Positions 25,390 to 33,546 of a stretch of DNA of 64,000 bases are shown here, one piece after another (position 1 is the first letter of the stretch; every line of letters begins with the position of its first letter). The position numbers and the translations under genes are program-made. The notes beneath the pieces were generated by a model, which saw only the letters and a list, made by a program, of their open reading frames with translations, made no database searches and was not told where the DNA came from. Origin of the DNA: Phycisphaerales bacterium (GTDB taxonomy: Bacteria; Planctomycetota; Phycisphaerae; Phycisphaerales; UBA5793); NCBI GenBank assembly GCA_020852515.1, contig JADZAS010000023.1, positions 135,346-199,345 on the forward strand. The letters are read 5' to 3'.

Positions 25390-27192
25390 ATGGGCGACAA
25401 CCGACCGAGCGGGAGTGTGGACGCAGCCGATCTCAAGGCGCGGCTCAGCAGCGTGATCGCCTCGCGCGCTCTGCGGGTGGTCTTCCAGCCGATTCTTGAA
25501 TTCCGCACCGGTTTGGTGGCAGCGCGTGAGGGGCTGATCCGTCCGCTCGACGGCGGCCCGTTCCCGCACACGGGCGCGCTTTTTGAAGCCGCCGAGCGCG
25601 TCGGTATGCTGGGTGAACTTGAGCGGGCCTGCCTCGAGGTCATCTTCAGCGCCGCCCAGGACCTGCCGCCGGGGGAGTTCCTCTTCGTCAACCTCTCGCC
25701 CTCGGTCTTTGCCGATCCGCGGATTGTGGATGACGTCGCGGCGATCTGCCGCAACTGCTCGCGGCTCGAACCCAGCCACGTCACGATCGAACTCACCGAG
25801 CGCAACGAAGCCGCGAGCGTCGAGATGCTCGCCGCACAGGCCGACGCATTCCGTGACCGCGGGTTCCAGTTCGCGATCGACGACGTCGGCGCCGGCACGA
25901 GCGGGCTCAATCGCATCATGCGCCTGCGACCGAACTGGCTCAAACTCGACCGCGAACTGATCTCAAATCTCGACGCCGACCCGTTTCGGCGCAACCTGCT
26001 TCAGTTCTTCGTTCACTTTGCGCGCCTCAGCAGCATGCTGCTGCTGGCCGAGGGCATCGAGCGGGAAGAGGAACTGCGCACGGCGATTGATCTGGGCGTC
26101 GCGTTCGGCCAGGGGTTTCTGATCGCGCGACCCGCCGCCGCCGCCAATCAGGGCGTCGATCCGCTCTGGGTTGAAGTGATACCGCACATGCAGCACCGCA
26201 TGGAGCAGCGGCGCTTCGAAGACCCGCGCATGGCGCCCATCGGCGAACTGGCGCAGCCGCTCATTTCCTGCCCGGCCGAGATGACCGTCGCCGACGCGGC
26301 TGAACTGATCGGCCACCTGAGCAGCGCGGCCACGCTCGCGGTTTTGGATGGGCAGCGCGTGCTCGGGGCCGTCGCGCCTCCCAGGATCAGGGAAGCCTGC
26401 AAAGCCGACCCCGAAGCCACGCTGGGCCGGTTGTGCCGCCCGGGCGTGATCGTCGCCAGCCCGGACATGACGATTGCCGAGACGATTGACTGGGCGGTGC
26501 TCCGTCCTGATTCGGAGATCATGGAGCCGATCCTCGTCGCCAGCGAGGATGTCGTGGGCATGCTCTCGATGCGCTCGCTCATCATGGCGGCCGGGAAGAT
26601 GCGCCCCGAAGGCTCGCCTCACACGGCGTCGCTCACCGGTCTGCCCAACCGCGTCCAACTTGACTGGCAGATTCAGAGGCGCCAGGACCAGCGAGCCGCG
26701 ACCTCCGCGGCCGTGATCGATATCCGCTTCTTCAATCGCTACAACCGAGCCTACGGCTTTGAGATGGGCGATACGATGCTCCGTCAACTGGCCGCCCTGC
26801 TCATGCTGCACTTCGGCGAGCGCGAAGCAGATGAATTCATCGCCCATGTGACCGACGATCATTTCATCATCATCTCCCCGCGGGCGGACCTGAAGGTGCG
26901 CATGCAGGTGCTCGCCGCCGAGTTCGATCGATCGCGAAGCCAGTTCTTCAGCGCCGAAGAACTCAAGCGCGAGTCGTTCGCCGCGCCCGGTCAGCCTCCG
27001 GGCCGCATGCCGCTGTGCAGTCTGCGCGCGTTCGTTGTTGCGGAGATCCTCAACCGGATCTGCTCAAGCAGCGACCTGATGGACGTCTCGAGGCGCGGGC
27101 GCCGGCGGGAAGACGCCGGGAGCGTCGGGCACCAGAGCACCGTGAAGGTCGTGAAGATCCGGCAGGTCAAGTCGTGCCGCAGGGCCGCCTGA
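25390..27192 (+). CDS. EAL phosphodiesterase - CBS pair - degenerate GGDEF signalling protein
   Basis: EAL-domain motifs are present (FQPILEF, ELTER, DDVGAGTSG, KLDRELI, AEGIE, GQGFLIARP). A central CBS-like region follows. The C-terminal GGDEF fold starts with TGLPNR but has HVTDDHF in place of RxGGDEF. Confidence 0.85.
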   Translation: MGDNRPSGSVDAADLKARLSSVIASRALRVVFQPILEFRTGLVAAREGLIRPLDGGPFPHTGALFEAAERVGMLGELERACLEVIFSAAQDLPPGEFLFVNLSPSVFADPRIVDDVAAICRNCSRLEPSHVTIELTERNEAASVEMLAAQADAFRDRGFQFAIDDVGAGTSGLNRIMRLRPNWLKLDRELISNLDADPFRRNLLQFFVHFARLSSMLLLAEGIEREEELRTAIDLGVAFGQGFLIARPAAAANQGVDPLWVEVIPHMQHRMEQRRFEDPRMAPIGELAQPLISCPAEMTVADAAELIGHLSSAATLAVLDGQRVLGAVAPPRIREACKADPEATLGRLCRPGVIVASPDMTIAETIDWAVLRPDSEIMEPILVASEDVVGMLSMRSLIMAAGKMRPEGSPHTASLTGLPNRVQLDWQIQRRQDQRAATSAAVIDIRFFNRYNRAYGFEMGDTMLRQLAALLMLHFGEREADEFIAHVTDDHFIIISPRADLKVRMQVLAAEFDRSRSQFFSAEELKRESFAAPGQPPGRMPLCSLRAFVVAEILNRICSSSDLMDVSRRGRRREDAGSVGHQSTVKVVKIRQVKSCRRAA

Positions 27193-27322
27193 CCTCCGGC
27201 TGACGCCCCGATTCGCCATCCGATGTGCACAAACCGTGGATCGTCCGGGATTGTCCTGTCCGTTGGCCACCCGCGCCCGCGGAATGTGATACCCTGATCC
27301 CAACCGCACCGATGTTGCCGGT

Positions 27323-28873
27323 ATGATCAGCCCCTCCGATCGCATGACCCAGTCGCCTCCGAATCCCGCCTCAGCTCCTTCCGCCTCTGCCCCGTCGAGC
27401 CGCTCCGGCCGCCGGCGCGAACGGGCGAGCGTCGAATTGGGCGCCCTGTTCGATCGCTTGCCGCCGCACTCGGTCGAAACCGAGATGGCGCTGCTGGGCT
27501 CGATGATCCTCGATCCGAAAGTGATCGGCGATGTCATTCTGACGGTCAAGTCGCCTGACGACTTCTACCGGCCGGCTCACGGCGCCATCTTCGCCTCGCT
27601 GGTCGAGTTGTACGACCGGCACGCGGCGGGCGATCTCACCCTGCTGCACCAGCGGCTCGAGGAGAAGGGCGTGCTGGCGGACATCGGCGGCGTGGAGTAC
27701 CTGCTGCAACTGGCCGAGAGCGTGCCCGCCGCGGTCAACGCCCCCTACTACGCCAAAGTCGTCGCCGAGAAGTCCCTCGTACGCCGGCTCATCGGCGCGG
27801 CCGGGGAAATCCTGCACGCCGCGTACATGGAAGGCGGAGAGGTGCGCGATGTGCTCGACGCCGCGCAGCGCTCCATCTTCGACGTCGTGCTCCAGTTTGA
27901 TCACGAAGGGACGCGCTCGCTCAGTTCGCTGCTCGAAGAGACGCTCAAGGCCATCGAGTCGCGCGAGCAGGGACACATCACCGGCCTGGCAACGCACTTT
28001 CGCGAACTCGACGAGATGACCTCGGGCCTGCAGCCCGGCGAGATGGTCATCGTCGCCGCGAGGCCTTCGATGGGAAAGACCTCGTTTGCGCTCAACGTCG
28101 CCGAAAACATCGCGCTGATGGGCACTCCCGTGGGCGTGTTCAGCCTCGAAATGGGCAAGCAGCAACTCGCCGAGCGCCTGCTTTCATCGCGGAGCGAAGT
28201 CGATTCGCACAAACTGCGGCGCAACATGATCAGCAAGCACGACTACCACCGCATCGCGACCGCGGTGGGACAGTTGAGCGAGGCGCCGATCTTCATCGAC
28301 GATACGCCGGGGCTGAGCGTGCTCGAACTCCGGGCCAAGGCGCGGCGGATGGTGGCCAAGCACGCGGTGAAGCTCATCGTGGTGGACTACCTCCAGTTGA
28401 TGATGGGATCCACGCGCGAATCGCGCCAGCAGGAAGTGGCGGAGATTAGCCGGGGCGTCAAGTCGCTGGCGCGCGAGTTGAGCGTTCCCGTCATCTGCCT
28501 GAGCCAGTTAAACCGCGCCGCCGAGAATCGCGAAGACCACAGGCCGCGGATGGCAGACCTGCGCGAGTCGGGCTCGATCGAGCAGGACGCCGACGTGGTG
28601 ATGATGCTCCACCGCGAGGACTACTACAACCAGAGCAAGCCGGACTTCGAGCCGACCAATATCGCCGAACTCATCATCGCCAAGCAGCGAAACGGGCCGA
28701 CCGGCACCGTCCGCCTGACATGGGTGGGCAGCAGCATGAAGTTCAAGGACTTCTCGCCGATGATGCCGCCCGTGGAGTCGATGCGCCCTTCGCGACCGGC
28801 CTACAGCCCGGCGGCGCCGCCTCGTGCGTCAGCCGCTCCGCCGGCTGACCTCGACGACGGCATTCCTATCTGA
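27323..28873 (+). CDS. dnaB: Replicative DNA helicase DnaB
   Basis: The product contains PPHSVETEMALLGSMILDPKVI, Walker A AARPSMGKTSFALN, DYLQLM and SQLNRAAENREDHRPRMADLRESGSIEQDADVV. Confidence 0.92.
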   Translation: MISPSDRMTQSPPNPASAPSASAPSSRSGRRRERASVELGALFDRLPPHSVETEMALLGSMILDPKVIGDVILTVKSPDDFYRPAHGAIFASLVELYDRHAAGDLTLLHQRLEEKGVLADIGGVEYLLQLAESVPAAVNAPYYAKVVAEKSLVRRLIGAAGEILHAAYMEGGEVRDVLDAAQRSIFDVVLQFDHEGTRSLSSLLEETLKAIESREQGHITGLATHFRELDEMTSGLQPGEMVIVAARPSMGKTSFALNVAENIALMGTPVGVFSLEMGKQQLAERLLSSRSEVDSHKLRRNMISKHDYHRIATAVGQLSEAPIFIDDTPGLSVLELRAKARRMVAKHAVKLIVVDYLQLMMGSTRESRQQEVAEISRGVKSLARELSVPVICLSQLNRAAENREDHRPRMADLRESGSIEQDADVVMMLHREDYYNQSKPDFEPTNIAELIIAKQRNGPTGTVRLTWVGSSMKFKDFSPMMPPVESMRPSRPAYSPAAPPRASAAPPADLDDGIPI

Positions 28874-28959
28874 ATCAGCCGCGCCGGGACATTATCGGGC
28901 CTCCCGGGCCGATTTTTCAGCCCGATCCGAACCGCCAGGGCCACCGGCGGCGGCTGTAA

Positions 28960-29268
28960 GTGAAGCGCCCACCATACGTTGCCGATCTTGAAGCGAGACA
29001 GTCCATCCGGACGATGAATCACTTCAAGGAGTGCGATGCGATGGTTTATCCAAACCTGAGGCTCACCGAGACGTGCAGCCCGAATGATGAGATGACCTTC
29101 GAGCCACTGCCGTTCCGACTGGTCGGCGATCTGCTCCACCCCCCAGCGGATTCGGCCGATGACACCGCCGACGAAGTGCTGCGGACCATCGATCGCCTGA
29201 GCATGACCCTGGACAGCTTCCGGCGGCAACTCGATGAATTCGAGGACGATCCGCGGCCGGCAGCGTAA
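28960..29268 (+). CDS. Possible small acidic hypothetical protein
   Basis: The ORF is followed by a strong hairpin terminator and codon bias is only moderate. The start is uncertain; internal Met codons give MNHFKECD or MVYPNLRL. Confidence 0.3.
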   Translation: MKRPPYVADLEARQSIRTMNHFKECDAMVYPNLRLTETCSPNDEMTFEPLPFRLVGDLLHPPADSADDTADEVLRTIDRLSMTLDSFRRQLDEFEDDPRPAA

Positions 29269-29292
29269 ATCAACCAAGCCAATGGCAATGAA

Positions 29293-29331
29293 GCGGCAGC
29301 CTCATCCCCTCAGATGAGGCTGCCTGCTTTG
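29293..29331. terminator. Hairpin terminator between convergent genes
   Basis: A 12-bp stem GGCAGCCTCATC (29295-29306) / GATGAGGCTGCC (29313-29324) with a 6-nt loop is followed by TGCTTTG on the plus strand. Confidence 0.55.
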
Positions 29332-29340
29332 CGCGCGCGT

Positions 29341-30258
29341 TCAGGGGATCGCCGCGACGTTGCTCGTCGAGCACGGGTTGCCGTTCACCACAATCAGCTG
29401 CAGATAACCGCCGCACGCGGCGGGCCCCGCGTTGCCGTTCACCGAACCGCTGCCGCTGCCGGTGCTCACCGTGCGCACCAGCTGAATCTGGCTCGCTCCC
29501 AGGCCCAGCACCGTGCCGGCGCACGGCCCGCCCGGCACGACGAACGCGCCGGTGCTGCGGGCGTAGACGATCCCCATCTGCCGGTTGGGCGTTGCGCCGC
29601 TCCAGGCAATGGCAATCGATCCCGGACACTGGCCGGTGAGAGTCAGCGCCGGCCCCGATGAACAGGGCGTGACCTCAAACATCATCCGCGCGGCAATGGT
29701 GTCGGTGTTGTTGCCGAAGATCGAAGAGTTCCATGCGCGGGTCGAATCCGGCAACCCGTACGTCGTCGAGATGGCGATGCCAAGCGAACACCCGCTGAGG
29801 TCGATCTGGACCAGCAGATTCCCGCTGGCGGGTTCGTAGCAGAATGGCGTCGTGAACGGCAGCCGCATGGAAAAGTGATCCGGCCCCTGCGAATCGACAA
29901 TGCCGCGGAACGACGGCGCGTTGAGCACCGTGGTAAGCGAGCCGCGCACGTTGCTGGGCAGATCGGGCGAGAGCCCGCCGGGCGCCTTGTCGGTGTAGCC
30001 CAGTCGCACGACCAGATTGCTGATGGTGTAGTCCTCGCCGTTGTAGAACGAATCGGGCGCGAATGAGAATGAGTGGATGTTGATCGGAGCAGACCCGAAC
30101 TGGCCGGCCGCGAAGACCTGCTGGTACGCGCACGGCGGAGTCCAGAACGGGATGCCGTTCCAGCCGCCGTGCGGATGATTTGGATAAACCTGCCCCAGAG
30201 TCGATGATGCAACGACAAGCGAGGCCGCAGCCGCGCTCAAGCCAGTGATGCGACACAT
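29341..30258 (-). CDS. Secreted protein, tandem paralog 1 (unknown N-domain + 4-Cys C-terminal module)
   Basis: ORF 29341..30369 is trimmed to MCRITGLSAAAASLVVASSTLG-QVYPNHPHGGWNGIPFW. The C-terminal module reads LTLTGQCPG...CAGT...CGGYLQLIVVNGNPCSTSNVAAIP. Confidence 0.75.
   Translation of the reverse strand: MCRITGLSAAAASLVVASSTLGQVYPNHPHGGWNGIPFWTPPCAYQQVFAAGQFGSAPINIHSFSFAPDSFYNGEDYTISNLVVRLGYTDKAPGGLSPDLPSNVRGSLTTVLNAPSFRGIVDSQGPDHFSMRLPFTTPFCYEPASGNLLVQIDLSGCSLGIAISTTYGLPDSTRAWNSSIFGNNTDTIAARMMFEVTPCSSGPALTLTGQCPGSIAIAWSGATPNRQMGIVYARSTGAFVVPGGPCAGTVLGLGASQIQLVRTVSTGSGSGSVNGNAGPAACGGYLQLIVVNGNPCSTSNVAAIP
29408..29607. repeat. ~200-bp near-identical repeat, copy A (3' end of paralog 1)
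   Basis: Hand alignment to 30491-30690 shows about 9 mismatches in 200 nt. The spurious plus-strand ORFs 29314..29661 and 30301..31050 share nearly the same peptide for the same reason. Confidence 0.8.
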
Positions 30259-30423
30259 GTAAATCACACTCCCGTCAGACAATGTGTTTGCCGCTGCGCT
30301 GTGAGCGAACGCCCGGCTGCAGCGGTCACACAATCGTATTTGCCGCGCCCTTCCTCCGCGGCTGGCCACAACGGATTCAGGTCCGATCAGGGTGCTTTTC
30401 TCGCACCCCGGCCGGGCGGATTG

Positions 30424-31347
30424 TTACGGCAAATGAGCCGTGTTGCTCACCGTACAGGGAGTGCCGTCCACCACCACCAGTTGCAGATACCCGCCGCACG
30501 CGGCGGGCCCCACGTTGCCGTTCACCGAACCGCTGCCGCTGCCGGTGCTCACCGTGCGCACCAGCTGAATCTGGCTCGTGCCCAGTCCCAGTGCCGTGCC
30601 GGCGCACGGCCCGCCCGGCACGACGAACGCGCCGGTGTTGCGAGCGTAGACGATCCCCATCTGCCGATTGGGCGTTGCGCCGCTCCAGGCGGCGTTCAGG
30701 ACGCCGGGGCACTGGCCGCTCAGTTGCAGGACCGGCCCGCCTCCGCAGGGCGTGATCTCGAAGAGCATGCGGGTGGCAACCTCGTCGACGCCATTGCCGA
30801 ACATGAACGAGTTCCAGGCTCGCGAAGCGTCGGGCATGCCGTAGCTGTACGACGTGGCGATGGGGATGAACGTGTTCACGCTGTAGAACTCAACGAGCAG
30901 GTTTCCGTTGCTCGGGTCGTAGCAGAACGGCGAATCGAAGGAAAACTTGAACGAGAAGTATTCGCTCCCGCCGTACTCGACGACGCCGCGCATTTCGAGC
31001 ATGTTGAACACCTCCGGCATCGGCCCGCTCGGGTTGGTCAAGAGGTCTGACGAGAGTTCGCCCGGCTGTTTGTCGGTGTATCCGATGTGGATGCGCACCT
31101 GGTCGAAGATGTAGTCTTCGCCGTTGTAGGTTGCCGCCGGCGCAAACGCGAGCGAGTGGATCTCGATCGGCGCAGAGCCGAACTGCGCCGCCGCGAAGAC
31201 CTGCTGGTAGGTGCATTCATCGACCCAGAAAGGAAGGGCGTTCCACCCGCGGTGAGGCTGGGCCGGGTAGACCTGGGCGATGGCGGACGGGACGATCGAC
31301 GCAGCGGCAATCCCTGCCGCAGCGGCCAGTGTGGAAATGCGAGCCAT
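30424..31347 (-). CDS. Secreted protein, tandem paralog 2
   Basis: ORF 30424..31392 is trimmed to MARISTLAAAAGIAAASIVPSAIA-QVYPAQPHRGWNALPFW. It has the same two-domain layout as paralog 1. Confidence 0.75.
   Translation of the reverse strand: MARISTLAAAAGIAAASIVPSAIAQVYPAQPHRGWNALPFWVDECTYQQVFAAAQFGSAPIEIHSLAFAPAATYNGEDYIFDQVRIHIGYTDKQPGELSSDLLTNPSGPMPEVFNMLEMRGVVEYGGSEYFSFKFSFDSPFCYDPSNGNLLVEFYSVNTFIPIATSYSYGMPDASRAWNSFMFGNGVDEVATRMLFEITPCGGGPVLQLSGQCPGVLNAAWSGATPNRQMGIVYARNTGAFVVPGGPCAGTALGLGTSQIQLVRTVSTGSGSGSVNGNVGPAACGGYLQLVVVDGTPCTVSNTAHLP
30491..30690. repeat. ~200-bp near-identical repeat, copy B (3' end of paralog 2)
   Basis: See copy A. Confidence 0.8.
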
Positions 31348-31523
31348 GATGGCCCTCCCTGTAGATGTCGTTCGCGAGGCGGTGATGCACAACTCGCTTC
31401 ACAGCCGAACTGGACTCGGAAGATACTACATCGAGAGGTGTCGCTGCCCTTGGCGATCCACGCCGCAGAGCACCATTTCAGGGTGACTTTCTCGTGGGTC
31501 GGAGTAACTGCGAACGAACGCAA

Positions 31524-31551
31524 GCAGCCCCGAGCGTGAGCCCGGGGCTGC
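31524..31551 (-). terminator. Possible hairpin terminator after paralog 3
   Basis: A GCAGCCCCG (31524-31532) / CGGGGCTGC (31543-31551) stem lies about 40 nt downstream of the stop at 31592. On the minus strand it is followed by the weakly T-rich TTGCGTTCGTT. Confidence 0.4.
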
Positions 31552-31591
31552 CTGCAATTGACGATTAGCGGCCGTGCGAATGCGATTGAAG

Positions 31592-32524
31592 TTACGGCAG
31601 CTGCACGACGTTGCTCGTCGAGCACGGACTGCCATCCACGACAACGAGCTGGATGTAGCCGCCGCACGCGCCCGTTCCGGCGTTGCCGTTGACCGAACCG
31701 CTGCCACTGCCGGTGTTCACCGTGGTTACGAGTTGGAGCTGGTTCGAGCCAAGCCCGAGCTGCGTTCCCGCGCAGGCTCCGCCGGGCACGACGAAGCTGC
31801 CGGTGTTCAGCGCGAACGCGATTCCAAGCGGCCGGTTGGGAGTCGCGTTGGCCCAGTGCACACCGATGGAACCCGGGCACGAGCCTGACAGTCGAAGCGT
31901 GACGCCACCGCCCGAGCAGGGAGCCAGTTCGAACAGCATACGCTGAGCAACGCCATCCGCGTTGTTCCCGAAGCGCGGCGAGTTCCATGCGCGCGAAGCG
32001 TCCGGCACGCCCGCGCACCGGCTTGTCGAGACGTCAACCGTCGAGTTGGTCGCGCGGATCTCGATCAGCAGGTTTCCTTCATTCGGGTTGTAGCACCATG
32101 GCGTGTCGAACCGGAAGACCAGCGAGAAGTCCTCGGTTCCGCCGGACTGAAGTTGCTGCGAGAAGCCCGGCGCGCTGAGTACCTGCGTGAGACTTCCTCG
32201 GGGATTGTCCGGCAGGTTGGCGGAAAGACCTCCGGGCGACCGGTCGGTGTAACCCAGACTGATCACGAGCTCGCTGTAGACGACGGTCTGGCCGTTCACG
32301 CCAGGATTCGGCGCGAATCCCAACGAGCGGATCTCCACCGGGTCGGTCCCGAATTGCGCCGCGGCATAGACCTGGTGATAGGTGATCGGCCCGTTGTTGA
32401 TGCCAAGAGGAATGAAGTTGTAATTGGCGTGCGCCTGATTTGGGAAGACCTGAGCCATTGCAGCCGGTGCGGCTGACAAAAGACTCACACTGATGATGCC
32501 ACTTGCCACCTTGAGCCACGTCAT
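31592..32524 (-). CDS. Secreted protein, tandem paralog 3
   Basis: ORF 31592..32728 is trimmed to MTWLKVASGIISVSLLSAAPAAMA-QVFPNQAHANYNFIPLG. It has the same two-domain layout but is more diverged. Confidence 0.75.
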   Translation of the reverse strand: MTWLKVASGIISVSLLSAAPAAMAQVFPNQAHANYNFIPLGINNGPITYHQVYAAAQFGTDPVEIRSLGFAPNPGVNGQTVVYSELVISLGYTDRSPGGLSANLPDNPRGSLTQVLSAPGFSQQLQSGGTEDFSLVFRFDTPWCYNPNEGNLLIEIRATNSTVDVSTSRCAGVPDASRAWNSPRFGNNADGVAQRMLFELAPCSGGGVTLRLSGSCPGSIGVHWANATPNRPLGIAFALNTGSFVVPGGACAGTQLGLGSNQLQLVTTVNTGSGSGSVNGNAGTGACGGYIQLVVVDGSPCSTSNVVQLP

Positions 32525-32692
32525 GATCTCTTCTCCTTTCGACTTAGCCCGCGGCGCGAACTTCCACGAAAAGCCGCAAGTGCCGGGGCTTCGGAACCAG
32601 TATACCAGAACGCGGTTTCCCCTGCAAGGGGCTTGGGCGGCCCCTGAGCCCGATCCAGAGAGCCTGGCGTCCCGGAACCGTAAACTCCAGCC

Positions 32693-33475
32693 ATGATCGA
32701 CACCCACTGCCACCTTACGTTCCCGCAATACGCCGGGCGGGTCGAAGCGGTTTTACAGGCAGCCGCGCACCGAGGCGTGGTTGGCGCCATCACCGTCTCG
32801 ACCACGACCGCCAACGCGGCCGATTGCCTCGCCCTGGCTCGGCGCTTCGCAAGCGTCTGGTGTTCGGCCGGCGTGCATCCGCTCCACAGCGATGAGCCGG
32901 CGGACTGGCCCACCATGCTCGCCGCAGCCCGGGATGAGCGGTGCGTCGCATTCGGCGAACTCGGCCTCGACAAACACTACGACCATCCGCCGCTCGACGT
33001 CCAGCGCCGCATCCTTGCTGAACAACTCGATGTGATCGGATCGAGCGGCCTGGACCTGCCGATCATCGTGCACTGCCGCGAAGCGTTTGACGAACTGCTG
33101 CCGACGTTTCGCGCCAGCGGCCTCGCCGGCAGTCGCTTCGTCTTCCACTGCTTCACCGGCGGGCCCGACGAGGCGCGCGCAGTGCTCGACTTTGGCGCGA
33201 TGATCAGTTACACCGGCATCGTCACATTCAAGAACGCCGGAGCGATCCAGCAGGCCGCGAAGATCACGCCTGGCGACCGCCTCATGATCGAAACCGATGC
33301 TCCGTTCCTCACGCCCGAGCCGCATCGCAAGATCTACCCCAACGAGCCGCAGTACGCTGCGGACACGGCCCGGTTCGTGGCTGAATTGCGCGGCCAGTCA
33401 TGGGAGGATTTTCACGCCGCGATCAACGCGAACACGGCCCGATTTTTTCGCATTCCGCCCGAAGCGTGCGCCTGA
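32693..33475 (+). CDS. tatD: TatD family metal-dependent hydrolase
   Basis: It starts MIDTHCHLTF and contains GELGLDKHY, HCREAF, FHCFTG and ETDAPFLTP. Confidence 0.9.
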   Translation: MIDTHCHLTFPQYAGRVEAVLQAAAHRGVVGAITVSTTTANAADCLALARRFASVWCSAGVHPLHSDEPADWPTMLAAARDERCVAFGELGLDKHYDHPPLDVQRRILAEQLDVIGSSGLDLPIIVHCREAFDELLPTFRASGLAGSRFVFHCFTGGPDEARAVLDFGAMISYTGIVTFKNAGAIQQAAKITPGDRLMIETDAPFLTPEPHRKIYPNEPQYAADTARFVAELRGQSWEDFHAAINANTARFFRIPPEACA

Positions 33476-33546
33476 TCGACCGGATTGGCCCCCGATCACG
33501 TATAATCCGGCAGCGGCAGCCAATTCGTGGCCGATCTTGATCTCCA

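Noticed and set aside
27323-28873. A possible intein or insertion in DnaB, which at 516 aa is slightly long.
   Set aside because: The extra length is a ~45-aa low-complexity N-terminal extension. The helicase motifs are contiguous, with no intein-like block.
29341-32524. A diversity-generating retroelement (template and variable repeat) as the explanation for the near-identical repeats in the tandem paralogs.
   Set aside because: No reverse transcriptase or accessory gene is nearby. Both copies are in coding 3' ends, and the mismatches I counted are not biased to adenines.
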